A stretch of DNA of 64,000 bases from Candidatus Babelota bacterium. GTDB taxonomy: Bacteria > Babelota > Babeliae > Babelales > Vermiphilaceae. Position numbers and translations under genes: made by a program. Shown piece by piece: positions 33,062 through 43,590 of this stretch. The notes under the pieces are model-generated. The model saw nothing but the letters and a program-made list of their open reading frames with translations, ran no database searches and had not been told where the DNA came from. The stretch lies in contig SOKE01000016.1 in the NCBI GenBank assembly GCA_004375875.1, positions 4,423-68,422 on the forward strand, read 5' to 3'. Position 1 is the first letter of the stretch, and every line of letters starts with the position of its first letter.

Positions 33062-33448
33062 CTATGCAAACTTAACTTTAGCACCAGCAGCTTCAAGAAC
33101 CTCTTTCATCTTCTTTGCATCATCTTTCGGAGCTGATTCAGCTATAACACTTGGTGTATTCTCAACAAGTTTTTTTGCATCAGTTAAATTTAAATCAGTA
33201 ACAACTTGACGCAACGCTTTGATCATCTTGATCTTCTCAGGACCAGCCTCTTCCAAAGTGACTTTATATTCCGCTTTCTCTTCCTGCTGTGCAGGAGCTT
33301 CTGTTGCAGCTGGAGCCGCAGCAGCAGGTGCAACAGACATTGCAGCAGAAACACCAAACTTTTCTTCCAAAGCGTCTGCCAATTCAGATGCATCAAGTAC
33401 TGACATGTTCGCTATTTCTTCAATCAGTTTATCTAAATTCTTTGCCAT
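33062..33448 (-). CDS. rplL: 50S ribosomal protein L7/L12
   Basis: MAKNLDKLIEEIANMSVLDASELADALEEKFGV, an Ala-rich hinge, and the C-terminal domain ending ...KEVLEAAGAKVKFA. The start is revised to the ATG at 33448. Confidence 0.95.
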   Translation of the reverse strand: MAKNLDKLIEEIANMSVLDASELADALEEKFGVSAAMSVAPAAAAPAATEAPAQQEEKAEYKVTLEEAGPEKIKMIKALRQVVTDLNLTDAKKLVENTPSVIAESAPKDDAKKMKEVLEAAGAKVKFA

Positions 33449-33525
33449 AATATTCCCCATACTAAGTGGTGTAGTTAACAAAAAACCTTTTTAAAATCAA
33501 CTTCTCTACTATTCTTTCTCTCGTT

Positions 33526-34047
33526 TTATTTCTTTAATTCTCCTATCATCCTTAATATTCTTATAATTCGAATCATAGGAGCCCTCAATGTATAAATTAA
33601 ACGTGCTGATGGCATCCTTAACATACCGCATAATTGTGCAATCAAGATTTCTTTAGGTGGCAACGTTGCAATGCGTGAAACAGCCTCTTTTGTTAGCAAT
33701 TCTGAATCTAAATATCCTGCAATCACATGCAATTGTTTATTCTCTTGTGCAAAATCGTACAGAACCTTTGCTATTACTGGTGACTCTCCAGTTGTTGATA
33801 AAACAAATGCAAGTTGACCCTTCAAATACGGTATTAACGATTCAATTTTTTCTATTCCCTTAGCAGCACGCTTCATTAATCTAATTTTTGAAACCTTTAA
33901 TGCCCCACCTTTTTCATCCAGCCTTCTCCGTAATAGTTGCATCTGCTCAACAGACATACCACAAAAGTTCACTAAAAATAATGACTTACTTTCAGTAAAA
34001 TCATCTCGTAATTGATTAACAACCAGCCCTTTTTGATGACGATTCAT
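33526..34047 (-). CDS. rplJ: 50S ribosomal protein L10
   Basis: 173 aa, positioned between rplA and rplL. The N-terminal KxxxVxxLxxxFxxSxxxxLVxFxGMSVxQMxxLRxxL pattern is present. Confidence 0.9.
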   Translation of the reverse strand: MNRHQKGLVVNQLRDDFTESKSLFLVNFCGMSVEQMQLLRRRLDEKGGALKVSKIRLMKRAAKGIEKIESLIPYLKGQLAFVLSTTGESPVIAKVLYDFAQENKQLHVIAGYLDSELLTKEAVSRIATLPPKEILIAQLCGMLRMPSARLIYTLRAPMIRIIRILRMIGELKK

Positions 34048-34063
34048 CGTAACCTCATACCAA

Positions 34064-34759
34064 TCATGCTAATATTTCATCCGGATTTATCGAAATACCA
34101 ACGCCCATCGTAGAAGAAACAGTTGCTCTCTGAATAAATTTGCCCTTAGAAGCAGCAGGTTTTGCAGCTGCTAGAGCCTTCAAAAAGGCAACTAAATTTT
34201 GATACAATTTTTCACTATCAAATGAAACCTTACCAAATGAAAAATGAACAAATCCTTGTTTATCATTTTTGAAAAAGACACGCCCACGCTTTAAATCTTT
34301 TACTGTCTCGGCAATATCAAAAGTTACTGTACCAAGCTTTTTGTTCGGTAAAAGACCTCTTGGTCCTAAAATTTTTGCTAACTTACCCACAAGACCCATC
34401 AAATCAGGTGTTGCTATAGCATAGTCAAAATCCATCCAACCTCCTTGAATTTTTTCAACTAGATCTTCAGCACCAATATAATCAGCACCAGCCTTTTGAG
34501 CCTGATCAGCGTAATCTCCTTTGGCAAACACAAGTACACGAACCTCACCAACTTTTTTAAGAGGCAATACAACAGAACCACGAACTGTTTGCTCACCCTT
34601 CGATGGATCAATTCCTAGTTTAACATCTACGTCGACAGATTCATCAAACTTTGCGTAAGCCCACTTTTTCAGATTATCGAGCGCATCCTTAATTGGAACT
34701 ATTACTTCCGTTTGAACCTGCTCTTTTACAGTATTGTATTTCTTCCCATGCATAGACAT
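34064..34759 (-). CDS. rplA: 50S ribosomal protein L1
   Basis: DESVDVDVKLGIDPSKGEQTVRGSVVLP, LGPRGLLPNKKLGTVT. Confidence 0.95.
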   Translation of the reverse strand: MSMHGKKYNTVKEQVQTEVIVPIKDALDNLKKWAYAKFDESVDVDVKLGIDPSKGEQTVRGSVVLPLKKVGEVRVLVFAKGDYADQAQKAGADYIGAEDLVEKIQGGWMDFDYAIATPDLMGLVGKLAKILGPRGLLPNKKLGTVTFDIAETVKDLKRGRVFFKNDKQGFVHFSFGKVSFDSEKLYQNLVAFLKALAAAKPAASKGKFIQRATVSSTMGVGISINPDEILA

Positions 34760-34777
34760 CTTTAATTCACCTAGCTA

Positions 34778-35203
34778 TTAGTCAACTACATCAAGCCCCA
34801 TACTTCGAGCACTGCCAGCAACAATTCGTTTCGCTTGCTCAAGATTTACAGTATTGAAGTCTAGAAGCTTAATTTTAGCAATCTCTTCAATATCTTTCCA
34901 AGAAATTTTGCCACTTTTATCAATTCCTGGACGGGAAGAACCCTTCTCAAGATTAATCTTTTTACGAATAAGTTCAGAAACTGGCGTCGTTTTTACGATA
35001 AAATCAAACGATTTGTCAATGTAAACAGTTATAACAACTGGCACTGTTTCTCCCTTCCTAGCAGCCGTTTTGGCATTAAACTGTTTACAAAACGCCATAA
35101 TATTGACCCCATGCTGACCAAGGGCGGAACCAACAGGAGGCGCAGGAGTTGCTCCTCCACCAGGAATTTGCAATTTTATCTTTGTTTTCACTGTTTTTGC
35201 CAT
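34778..35203 (-). CDS. rplK: 50S ribosomal protein L11
   Basis: [35 protein letters not shown]. Confidence 0.95.
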   Translation of the reverse strand: MAKTVKTKIKLQIPGGGATPAPPVGSALGQHGVNIMAFCKQFNAKTAARKGETVPVVITVYIDKSFDFIVKTTPVSELIRKKINLEKGSSRPGIDKSGKISWKDIEEIAKIKLLDFNTVNLEQAKRIVAGSARSMGLDVVD

Positions 35204-35218
35204 AGCAAAAGAACCTTA

Positions 35219-35737
35219 TTATTGCTTAACCTGATGAAATTTAAGCTCAACAGGTGTCATTCTACCGAATATACTTACCATTACCGTTAATTTTTCACTT
35301 TCTTCGTTAACCCTATCCACAATTCCAATAAATCCATCAAATGGTCCATCTTTGATTGTTACCTCACTACCAACCGCAATTTCAGTCTTTTTAGGCGCTA
35401 CAACTACCTCACCCTTGATTTGAGCCAACACGCGTTCGATCTCTTTTTGACTGAGTGGAAACGGATCTTTTCCCCCTAAAAAGCGAATAACCCGTGGGCT
35501 TGCAAGTACAAGACGAATAGACTCAGGAATCGAATCCATCTCAATAAGCATATATCCAGGAAAGAGCTGTTCATCTTTTTCTTCTTGCGTACTAAAAAAT
35601 TGTTTCAAGCGTGCTGAAGGAATTAAAATATCACCAAACTTTTCTTCCAATCCCTCTTCTTGGATTCGCTTTCTTAAATCTGCTTTGATCAAATCCTCGT
35701 AGCCAGCAAAAACCTGGACAACATACCATCGCTTCAT
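35219..35737 (-). CDS. nusG: Transcription termination/antitermination factor NusG
   Basis: KRWYVVQVFAGYE forms the NGN domain. The C-terminal KOW is GPFDGFIGIVDRVNEESEKLTVMVSIFGRMTPVEL. Confidence 0.95.
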   Translation of the reverse strand: MKRWYVVQVFAGYEDLIKADLRKRIQEEGLEEKFGDILIPSARLKQFFSTQEEKDEQLFPGYMLIEMDSIPESIRLVLASPRVIRFLGGKDPFPLSQKEIERVLAQIKGEVVVAPKKTEIAVGSEVTIKDGPFDGFIGIVDRVNEESEKLTVMVSIFGRMTPVELKFHQVKQ

Positions 35738-35752
35738 TCGATTAAATCCTGT

Positions 35753-35995
35753 TTACAACCAATACACGCCGAATCGACTAAAGATATAATCAGCAATTCG
35801 TGATAATCCAAAATCAAGTACCCCTAGGTAGCCGGAAAAAAAGGCAATTACAACCAAAACAATGATAGTTGAACCAACAAATTCATCCCAGCTTGGCCAG
35901 ATAACCTTCGAAAGTTCAACACGCACTTCATTAAAAAATTTAACAGCATCTTTCATATAACGCCTATATCTTTTATTACCTTCTTCTTTACTCAA
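35753..35995 (-). CDS. secE: Preprotein translocase subunit SecE
   Basis: FFNEVRVELSKVIWPSWDEF followed by a single TM. The start is ambiguous: TTG at 35995 or ATG at 35956. Confidence 0.85.
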   Translation of the reverse strand: MSKEEGNKRYRRYMKDAVKFFNEVRVELSKVIWPSWDEFVGSTIIVLVVIAFFSGYLGVLDFGLSRIADYIFSRFGVYWL

Positions 35996-36018
35996 ATAAC
36001 ATCATACATACATAACAT

Positions 36019-36095
36019 TGGCAGGCCAGGAGGGATTCGAACCCCCAACCCGCAGATTTGGAGTCTGCCGCTCTACCAATTCGAGCTACTGGCCT
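36019..36095 (-). tRNA. tRNA-Trp (anticodon CCA), CCA encoded
   Basis: The reverse complement is AGGCCAGTAGCTCGAATTGGTAGAGCGGCAGACTCCAAATCTGCGGGTTGGGGGTTCGAATCCCTCCTGGCCTGCCA; anticodon loop CTCCAAA. Confidence 0.9.
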
Positions 36096-36103
36096 AAAGT
36101 GAC

Positions 36104-36262
36104 CTATTTTGTTTCCTTATGCTCGGTATGTTTGCGGCAACGAGAACAGAACTTTTTGAGTTGCAATGCACCAACTTTTCGGTTTTTTGAAACAACTTGA
36201 CTATAATTGCGCTCCTTGCACTCTTTACATGCCAAATGTGTCGTTACCCTATTTTTTGCCAT
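36104..36262 (-). CDS. rpmG: 50S ribosomal protein L33 (52 aa; below the ORF-track size cutoff)
   Basis: Hand translation gives MAKNRVTTHLACKECKERNYSQVVSKNRKVGALQLKKFCSRCRKHTEHKETK, then TAG. This is the C4 zinc type (CxxC...CxxC) and sits immediately upstream of tRNA-Trp and secE. Confidence 0.85.
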   Translation of the reverse strand: MAKNRVTTHLACKECKERNYSQVVSKNRKVGALQLKKFCSRCRKHTEHKETK

Positions 36263-36291
36263 ATTGTAATCATTCCGTTACGAAAGCGCTA

Positions 36292-36367
<76 letters not shown>

Positions 36368-36465
36368 GTTCGATCATTCTTTTCACCACTTAATTAATAA
36401 ATAATACAATGAAAAACTTAAAAAAACAACTTATTTTGTATTAGAAAGTGCTTTGTACCAACCTT

Positions 36466-36541
36466 TGGAGCTGGCGACTGGACTTGAACCAGTGACCTGC
36501 TGATTACAAATCAGCTGCTCTACCAACTGAGCTACGCCAGC
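36466..36541 (-). tRNA. tRNA-Thr (anticodon TGT), CCA encoded
   Basis: The reverse complement is GCTGGCGTAGCTCAGTTGGTAGAGCAGCTGATTTGTAATCAGCAGGTCACTGGTTCAAGTCCAGTCGCCAGCTCCA. Confidence 0.9.
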
Positions 36542-36568
36542 TAAATTCTTTTTTTGAAAATCTTTTTA

Positions 36569-36644
36569 TGGAGCGGGAAACGGGACTCGAACCCGCAACC
36601 TACAGCTTGGAAGGCTGCCGCTCTACCAATTGAGCTATTCCCGC
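36569..36644 (-). tRNA. tRNA-Gly (anticodon TCC), CCA encoded
   Basis: The reverse complement is GCGGGAATAGCTCAATTGGTAGAGCGGCAGCCTTCCAAGCTGTAGGTTGCGGGTTCGAGTCCCGTTTCCCGCTCCA. Confidence 0.9.
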
Positions 36645-36653
36645 GTCTGTTCA

Positions 36654-36738
36654 TGGTGGCGAGGGCAGGATTCGAACCTGCGAAGGCTGAGCCAACGGAT
36701 TTACAGTCCGTCCCCTTTGGCCGCTCGGGAACCTCGCC
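36654..36738 (-). tRNA. tRNA-Tyr (anticodon GTA), long variable arm, CCA encoded
   Basis: The reverse complement is GGCGAGGTTCCCGAGCGGCCAAAGGGGACGGACTGTAAATCCGTTGGCTCAGCCTTCGCAGGTTCGAATCCTGCCCTCGCCACCA. Confidence 0.9.
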
Positions 36739-36922
36739 ATGATGTCAAATATCATTTAAATAATAACATATTACAGCACGATTAGAATAGTGTTTTTCGA
36801 TCTTTATTGCAACTTTCTTTTTTATCCAAAAGGCCTATTTAGAGCTTATCAAAAAATTAATCTGACAGCACAAAAAAATGCTACCTTTTACCAATAAAAT
36901 AACAAACTACAAAAGGAATTCA

Positions 36923-37738
36923 TTAGAGAGCAGACTCCAATTGTTGTTTGCGGAAGATTTTTGCTTTTTTCTGTATAGCCCTATTTTCTACTGTATAACC
37001 ATGAAGTTTACACCAAACCTCAACAGAAATAGGAAAATGAATCTGTGCAAGCTCAAGCATCCCTTTTGCATAGCGCTGAATTTCCCATTGAGCATGATAG
37101 TCGTAACGCAATTTTATGAAGTGAAAAAGTGATACTAAATTACAAGTAAAAATGAATTGCGTATAGGTACAAAGCGGTAATAACCCACGCGCTAGTTCCT
37201 TAGCTATACCGGCTTGTAATAACTGTTGGTAGGTCTGACCACATAGATCAAGCACATTTCTATAAGCAGTAAAAAGTACATATTCATCATTAACATTTTT
37301 TTCAATAGAACCCTGACGATTTTTTTTATCAGAAACTCTCCACTTTTTTGGAATATAAAATTCTAGCGGAATTTGTGTATATCGGCCACTTACTTCATTA
37401 TAACTTACTCCAACACGATGACGCATCCATTGTCTGGCAATGAAAATAGGAAGTTTAACCTGAAAAACAAGGTGACTATGTTCAAAAGGACTTGTATGAC
37501 CATGTGATAATAAATAATGAATCAACTTTTCATCACGTGTACTAAACTGTTCACTCTCTTTACCATATGATACACGTGCTGCATTAACAATATCTAAATC
37601 TGAACCTGCAATACGTACCAAAGAAAGCAAACTAATCCCATCTCCAAGAGGATCTAGTTGTTCCATAAGAAAAAGCCTTTCATAATCTATTATTTTTTCT
37701 CTTAGGTAATTATTACATTCTGGGCAATGTAACACCAT
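36923..37738 (-). CDS. thyX: FAD-dependent thymidylate synthase ThyX
   Basis: The ThyX motif RHRxxSxxxxSxR is present as [17 protein letters not shown]. The ATG at 37738 overlaps dcd by 26 nt. An alternative ATG at 37666 (MEQLDPLG...) fits the usual ThyX N-terminus better. Confidence 0.85.
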   Translation of the reverse strand: MVLHCPECNNYLREKIIDYERLFLMEQLDPLGDGISLLSLVRIAGSDLDIVNAARVSYGKESEQFSTRDEKLIHYLLSHGHTSPFEHSHLVFQVKLPIFIARQWMRHRVGVSYNEVSGRYTQIPLEFYIPKKWRVSDKKNRQGSIEKNVNDEYVLFTAYRNVLDLCGQTYQQLLQAGIAKELARGLLPLCTYTQFIFTCNLVSLFHFIKLRYDYHAQWEIQRYAKGMLELAQIHFPISVEVWCKLHGYTVENRAIQKKAKIFRKQQLESAL

Positions 37739-38294
37739 GCTGTTTCATATATTTACCCTTTTTATCCGCATACGAAACTTCACAACTTTCATCCGCTTCA
37801 AAAAAGATAACTTGAGCAATTCCTTCATTTGCGTAAATTTTTGCTGGTAGCGGTGTTGTATTAGAAATCTCAATCGTAACATATCCCTCCCATTCAGGCT
37901 CAAAAGGAGTTACATTTACAATAATACCACACCGCGCATACGTAGATTTTCCAAGACATATTGTCAGTACATTGCGAGGAATACGAAAATATTCAATGCT
38001 CCGCGCAAGAGCAAATGAATTAGGCGGAATAATACAAATAGATTTCCTCATTTCAATAAATGAATCTTCAGCAAAACATTTGGGATCAACAATAGCATTA
38101 CGAACATTGGTAAATACTTTGAACTCATCGGCAACACGAATATCATAGCCATAACTAGACAAGCCATAACTAACAATCTTAGAGGAACAACCATTTGACT
38201 GTTCAATATGCGCAACCTGTTTTCCTTCAAATGGCTCAATCATATTATGCAGCCGTGCCATTTTACATATCCAACGATCAGGCTTAATACCCAT
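37713..38294 (-). CDS. dcd: dCTP deaminase
   Basis: [13 protein letters not shown] and [10 protein letters not shown]...[33 protein letters not shown] are typical of the Dcd/dUTPase fold. Confidence 0.85.
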   Translation of the reverse strand: MGIKPDRWICKMARLHNMIEPFEGKQVAHIEQSNGCSSKIVSYGLSSYGYDIRVADEFKVFTNVRNAIVDPKCFAEDSFIEMRKSICIIPPNSFALARSIEYFRIPRNVLTICLGKSTYARCGIIVNVTPFEPEWEGYVTIEISNTTPLPAKIYANEGIAQVIFFEADESCEVSYADKKGKYMKQHGVTLPRM

Positions 38295-38554
38295 TGCATT
38301 CCTTTTTATATGGTTTTCTAAAATTGGGTACTTATTACCTTACCTAAGTTGGCAAAAAAACAAAGAAAAATCTTAAACGTAGTAACATGAAACAAATACA
38401 AACAATATATCAAAAAAATTAACAACAACAGAAAATTATTAGATCATCACAGCAGGTAAATTATTGAAAAAGAATTTTGTTTTTAAAAAATGCAAAAAAT
38501 AGAAGATAAAAAGGTTATAAAAACAGAAGTAAATAGGAAGGCTCTCATTCAATG

Positions 38555-39334
38555 TCAATTGTGATCATGATGTGAACCAAACATATTACTCGATAATGGC
38601 ATTACAACTGTATCTTTCACCAATGCTTTACCAATATAGTCAACAACACCACAAGTAACATACATGCCAAATTTTCCTAAGGTTTGTATCCAAAGAGGCA
38701 ACTTATCAAAACCAGCTTCGTGTGTAGCTACTGCCAAAAGATCATCTATTGTTTTAGTTAGACCTACTCCACGTGATGTATCTTTGATGCTAGCCCATAT
38801 AACAGAAGCAGTGGCATCTTCTAACATTGCACGCACATTTTTTTTGTACCCTGGATCAGCACTATTAGGAAAACACTGTTGTTTGCATTTTTGAGCAATA
38901 GTATATGCAGCTAAGCGAGAACAGGAACTGCTCGCTGCCCGCACTACAGATAATGACGAATCAAGATCGATACTCTGTGTTTTACATACAGCATTACAAC
39001 CATGGTAAATCGCTTCAGTTAAAATCATTTCTGATGCTACTTGTGGCACCGCATTAATATCAAATCGAGTTTGCTGTTCCTCATCACCTTGCCTTTTCTT
39101 GACAGCGTTACTATCACTTGGCTTCACTAACGCTCTACAACCTTTGTAGATTCCTTGAGCAAAACCAAAAAACCGCCAAGACCAATCATCGTGAGATGAA
39201 GTTGGTACCATTTTCAAATGTTCTGGTGTCTTCCCTACACGTTGAAAAGAACAATCCATTGCAACAAGATTAAAACAATGGGCAAATAACAATGATATAA
39301 CAGACAGTTTTATAGAATTCCATTTTATCTGCAT
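38555..39334 (-). CDS. Hypothetical secreted protein
   Basis: Signal-like MQIKWNSIKLSVISLLFAHCFNLVA. A GGAGG RBS lies 5 nt upstream of the ATG at 39334, while the track ORF begins at a TTG at 39346. No recognisable domain. Confidence 0.45.
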   Translation of the reverse strand: MQIKWNSIKLSVISLLFAHCFNLVAMDCSFQRVGKTPEHLKMVPTSSHDDWSWRFFGFAQGIYKGCRALVKPSDSNAVKKRQGDEEQQTRFDINAVPQVASEMILTEAIYHGCNAVCKTQSIDLDSSLSVVRAASSSCSRLAAYTIAQKCKQQCFPNSADPGYKKNVRAMLEDATASVIWASIKDTSRGVGLTKTIDDLLAVATHEAGFDKLPLWIQTLGKFGMYVTCGVVDYIGKALVKDTVVMPLSSNMFGSHHDHN

Positions 39335-39476
39335 AATAACCTCCAAAAATATAATTTAAAACAGTTTAAATAAAACAATTTTAAAAAGAAACGATATAAA
39401 CATTTCCTTATCTTTATTTTCTAATAAAACTTTGTTTTTGTCAATTAAATTTGGATAATCTTTCAAGGGAGAATTT

Positions 39477-40712
39477 CTATTTGAAATGTTTACCATGTAT
39501 TACTTCTTCTAGCATATGAACTAAGCTATCAATTTCGCTCGACATATTGTAACAATAGAAACTAGCTCGAACCGATCCAGGAAGATTTAAGGCTTTAAAG
39601 AGTGGCTGTGCACAATGATTACCCGCACGAATACAAATGGCATATCTATCTGCATAGCATGCAATATCATGGGGATGAATAGTATCCACACTGAAACTTA
39701 CCAAATGCCCCTTCTTTTTCAGTTGGTCAACTGGCCCTAATATTCTAATCCCTTTTAGACTTTCAAGCCCTTCTATGAACCGAGCACATAATTGTGCCTC
39801 ATGTGCCCACAGTTCTTCCCACTTTATATTCGCTTCTAAATAATCTACAGCAGCCGCTAAACCAATTGCTTGTGCTATTGGTGGTGTACCTGCTTCATAT
39901 CGTTGCGGCGCCTTACGCCAAAAGGCTTCTTGCATTGTACAATCCAAAATCATGCCACCTCCAAACTGGTAGGGAGGAAGGCTATCTTGAACAATGGAAT
40001 TAACGTAAAGCACTCCAATACCTGTTGGCCCTAACATTTTATGCCCAGAAAAAACACAAAAATCACAATTAAGTTTTTTTACATCCACCTGCTTTCTTGG
40101 CACCGTTTGTGCTGCATCAACGAGTACAAGTGCTCCTACATCATGCGCTGCCTCAATAAGTAGTTCTATAGCAACCATTGTGCCAATAGCATTTGAACTA
40201 TGAGAAACAGCAACAAGCTTTGTTTTTTTGGTGATAATAGAATCCAGTTTATCAAGTTTAAGCATTCCAGTATCACGATCGATTGGAATTACTTTCAGAA
40301 TCGCACCATGTCGCTTGACCAGTTGTTGCCAGGGAACCAAATTTGAATGATGTTCTATCTCGCTTACAACAATTTCATCTCCATCGTGGATATAATGATC
40401 TCCCCATGCTGTTGCTACAAAATTAATACCCTCTGTACATCCACACGTAAAAATTATTTCTGATGAATCAGCATTAATAAATTTGGCAACTGTTGTACGC
40501 GATTGTTCATATAATTCAGTCGCTTCCTCTCCCAATGTATAAATACCACGCTGCACATTTGCATAGTGTTTACTATAAAAATCTACTACCGCATCTAATA
40601 CCTGTTGCGGCTTTTGACTTGTTGCCGCATTATCTAGATAAATGAGCGAATGACCATGTACAGTACGCTTTAAAATTGGAAAATCATGGCGAATAGCTTC
40701 GATATTCTTCAT
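39477..40712 (-). CDS. sufS: Cysteine desulfurase, SufS type
   Basis: PLP lysine context SGHKMLGPTGIGVLY and catalytic Cys loop RAGNHCAQP. Located in the suf neighbourhood. Confidence 0.9.
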   Translation of the reverse strand: MKNIEAIRHDFPILKRTVHGHSLIYLDNAATSQKPQQVLDAVVDFYSKHYANVQRGIYTLGEEATELYEQSRTTVAKFINADSSEIIFTCGCTEGINFVATAWGDHYIHDGDEIVVSEIEHHSNLVPWQQLVKRHGAILKVIPIDRDTGMLKLDKLDSIITKKTKLVAVSHSSNAIGTMVAIELLIEAAHDVGALVLVDAAQTVPRKQVDVKKLNCDFCVFSGHKMLGPTGIGVLYVNSIVQDSLPPYQFGGGMILDCTMQEAFWRKAPQRYEAGTPPIAQAIGLAAAVDYLEANIKWEELWAHEAQLCARFIEGLESLKGIRILGPVDQLKKKGHLVSFSVDTIHPHDIACYADRYAICIRAGNHCAQPLFKALNLPGSVRASFYCYNMSSEIDSLVHMLEEVIHGKHFK

Positions 40713-40730
40713 CTCGTTACTCTATATGAA

Positions 40731-42116
40731 TCAGAAATTAGTATACCCACGATAGCGAGGAAATGGCATCACATCACGAATATTTTCCATGCCAGTTACT
40801 AACATAACTAACCGTTCAAAACCCAATCCAAAACCAGCATGCGGAACCGCCCCATATTTACGCAACTCAAGATACCACCAATAATCATCGTATGAAATTT
40901 CATATTGCTTCATCTTTTCTTTCAAAATTTCATATCGCTCTTCACGCTGGCTCCCCCCAATAAGTTCACCGATACCTAAAACAAGCAAATCCATAGCAGC
41001 AACAGTTTTTCCATCATCATTGCGACGCATATAAAATGCTTTTATTTTTTCAGGATAGTCATACACAAAAACTGGTCGTTTAGCATACTCTTCGACCAAA
41101 TAACGTTCATGTTCAGATTGCAGATCATCTCCCCAGTTCGGCGTAAATATAAATTTCTTAGACGCTTTTTGCAAAATTTCAATAGCTTTTGTATAACCCA
41201 CGCGTTCAAAAGATGTTTTACCAATATGACGTAGACGGTCAGTAAGTCCCTTGCTAAAAAAACAATCCAAAAAATCTATGTCTTCAATACATTTCTCAAG
41301 TGCATAGTTCACGCAAAATTTCACATACTCTTCTGCATAATCCATATCATCCTGTAAATCAGCAAATGCCATCTCTGGCTCGACCATCCAAAACTCAGCC
41401 AGATGGCGCGTTGTCTCTGAGGGATCTGCACGAAATGTTGGCCCAAACGTATAAACATCAGAAAGAGCACACGCATAACATTCAACATTTAACTGACCAG
41501 ATACAGTCAAATATGTTTGTTTGCCAAAAAAATCATGTGCAAAATCAACTATACCTTCTTTCGTTTTTGGAAGCTTTTCCAGATCAAGTGTAGTTACGGT
41601 AAAAAGCTGACCGGCACCTTCGCAATCGGCTGCAGTAATTAACGGCGTAGTTATATATAAAAAACCGCGTTCTTGGAAAAAAAGATGCGTTGCAAAGGAT
41701 AATGCATTACGTATCCGCGCAATAGCACCAAAAGTGTTAGTACGTGGACGCAAATGTGATATAGTACGTAAAAATTCAAAAGTATGATGTTTTTTTTGCA
41801 GAGGATATTCTTGTGCATCACACATACCAATTATATCTATCTCTTGTGCTTGTAATTCAAACGTTTGCTCTCTACCTGGTGTTGCAACCAATTTTCCTGT
41901 TACACTAAGAGCAGATCCAGTTGTTATCTGAGAAAGGAGCTGTTCATAATTATTAAACGATGCATCAACAACAACTTGTAAACCAGCAAAAGAGGACCCA
42001 TCATTAAGTTCAATAAATGCAACATGCTTAGAACGCCGAACACTTTTAACCCATCCTTTAACGGTTAATCCTTTGCCAACTTCAGCTTCTGTAATCTGCT
42101 TTATCTTTGTACGCAT
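40731..42116 (-). CDS. asnS: Asparagine--tRNA ligase
   Basis: OB-fold N-terminus (VKGWVKSVRRSKHVAFIELNDGSSFAGLQVVV), class II motifs, and C-terminal GFGLGFERLVMLVTGMENIRDVMPFPR. The start is revised to the ATG at 42116. Confidence 0.85.
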   Translation of the reverse strand: MRTKIKQITEAEVGKGLTVKGWVKSVRRSKHVAFIELNDGSSFAGLQVVVDASFNNYEQLLSQITTGSALSVTGKLVATPGREQTFELQAQEIDIIGMCDAQEYPLQKKHHTFEFLRTISHLRPRTNTFGAIARIRNALSFATHLFFQERGFLYITTPLITAADCEGAGQLFTVTTLDLEKLPKTKEGIVDFAHDFFGKQTYLTVSGQLNVECYACALSDVYTFGPTFRADPSETTRHLAEFWMVEPEMAFADLQDDMDYAEEYVKFCVNYALEKCIEDIDFLDCFFSKGLTDRLRHIGKTSFERVGYTKAIEILQKASKKFIFTPNWGDDLQSEHERYLVEEYAKRPVFVYDYPEKIKAFYMRRNDDGKTVAAMDLLVLGIGELIGGSQREERYEILKEKMKQYEISYDDYWWYLELRKYGAVPHAGFGLGFERLVMLVTGMENIRDVMPFPRYRGYTNF

Positions 42117-42240
42117 ATCCTTCTCTAATACTGCTATTTCTATCTTAAATATCAAGTTACAAGATAACAAACAAAATGTATATGGGTAAATTAGTTAAAC
42201 AAATGGCTCTATAAGCTATAAATGCTGTATTTTTTATATT

Positions 42241-43575
42241 TTATAGCTCATTTTTCATACCAATAATGCGATCAATTTCAATAGCATATTCCACAGGCAA
42301 CTCTCTTACAAAAGCATCGATAAAACCAGTAACAATAAGAGCACGCGCGTGGCTTTTATCCAAGCCACGACTCATGCAGTAAAAAAGTTGATCCTGATCG
42401 ATAGCACCAATTGATGCTTCATGATTAATTGCAACACCATCACTTTTCGTAGTTATCATTGGAATTGATTGAGCATGTGATTGTTCATCTAGCAAAAGAG
42501 AGTTACATTGCATAGAAGCATTAACCTCATCCACTCCCTTATTACATCGTATTTTACCACGAAAAGTTACACATCCACCATCTTTACTAATTGATTTGCA
42601 TAGAATATGCGAATAGGTTTTCGAAGCCTCATGAATCATAGAACCGCCAGTATCCTGACACTGCCCTTTTCCTGCTGTTGATAATGAAATAAGAAGTCCA
42701 CGTGCCCCTGACTCTTTTAAAATAATTGAAGGATATTTTACCGTTACTGCACTACCAAAATTTCCATCAACCCATTCAATTGTCGCATTGCGATAAGCAC
42801 ATGCACGTTTAGTTACTAGATTATATATAATGCGAGACCAGTTTTGTATTGTTGTATAACGAATATGCGAATTTTCATGAGCATAAAGTTCTACTACTGC
42901 ACTATGTAATGAATAGACACTGTGATAACGCGCACTACATCCTTCAATATAATGAACTGAACTTCCTTTATCAGCAACAATAATGGTACGTTCAAACTGA
43001 CCTAATTGCGGTGATTGCATACTAAAATAAGCTTGTAATGGCATAGTTACATGAACACCTGGGGGTATATAAATAAAACTACCACCACTCCACACAGCAG
43101 AATTAAGCGCTGCAAATTTATTATCATCAGATAAAACTAATTGAGAAAAATAACGTTTAAACAAATCAGGATATTGCTTAAGCGCCGTATCGGTATCAAC
43201 AAAAATAACCCCTTGAGCTTCCCATTCTTGACGTAGCTTCTTATAGACAACTTCAGATTCATACTGCGCACCAACACCCGCTAAGAATTTTTTTTCAGCT
43301 TCTGGTAAACCAAGACATGAGAAGGTATCACAAATTATAGGAGGCAGAGCATTCCATGATAATTCAGGATGTTCTATAGACTTGAGATAATAGCAAAGAA
43401 GATCAAAATCAAGATTAGATAAATTTGGTCCCCATGATGGCATTTGCATTGAAAGAAAAGTATCAAGTGCTTCGAGCCGAAATTGGGTCATCCAAACAGG
43501 TTCTTCTTTCTGCTCTGAAATTTGTCGTACAATTTCTTTTGATAAACCCGGTTGCACCTTAAAATAATAAGTCAT
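42241..43575 (-). CDS. sufB: Fe-S cluster assembly protein SufB
   Basis: VKYPSIILKESGARG...GQCQDTGGSMIHEASKT...FRGKI...NHEASIGAIDQDQLFYCMSRGL...ELPVEYAIEIDRI. Confidence 0.85.
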   Translation of the reverse strand: MTYYFKVQPGLSKEIVRQISEQKEEPVWMTQFRLEALDTFLSMQMPSWGPNLSNLDFDLLCYYLKSIEHPELSWNALPPIICDTFSCLGLPEAEKKFLAGVGAQYESEVVYKKLRQEWEAQGVIFVDTDTALKQYPDLFKRYFSQLVLSDDNKFAALNSAVWSGGSFIYIPPGVHVTMPLQAYFSMQSPQLGQFERTIIVADKGSSVHYIEGCSARYHSVYSLHSAVVELYAHENSHIRYTTIQNWSRIIYNLVTKRACAYRNATIEWVDGNFGSAVTVKYPSIILKESGARGLLISLSTAGKGQCQDTGGSMIHEASKTYSHILCKSISKDGGCVTFRGKIRCNKGVDEVNASMQCNSLLLDEQSHAQSIPMITTKSDGVAINHEASIGAIDQDQLFYCMSRGLDKSHARALIVTGFIDAFVRELPVEYAIEIDRIIGMKNEL

Positions 43576-43590
43576 ATCCGTCTTTTTTAA

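Noticed and set aside
36104-36106. Genome-wide reassignment of TAG to a sense codon, as an explanation for the rpoC TAG
   Set aside because: rpmG terminates with TAG exactly where C4-type L33 proteins normally end (...KHTEHKETK). TAG also ends batC, the LRR gene and rpoC itself. All conserved genes in the window are full length under the standard code, and none of the 8 tRNAs has a CUA anticodon.
36739-36922. tRNA clusters as integration hot spots or boundaries of a genomic island
   Set aside because: There is no integrase, direct repeat of a tRNA 3' end, phage gene or transposase on either side. The flanking genes are housekeeping (thyX/dcd, rpmG/secE, hup, lepB).
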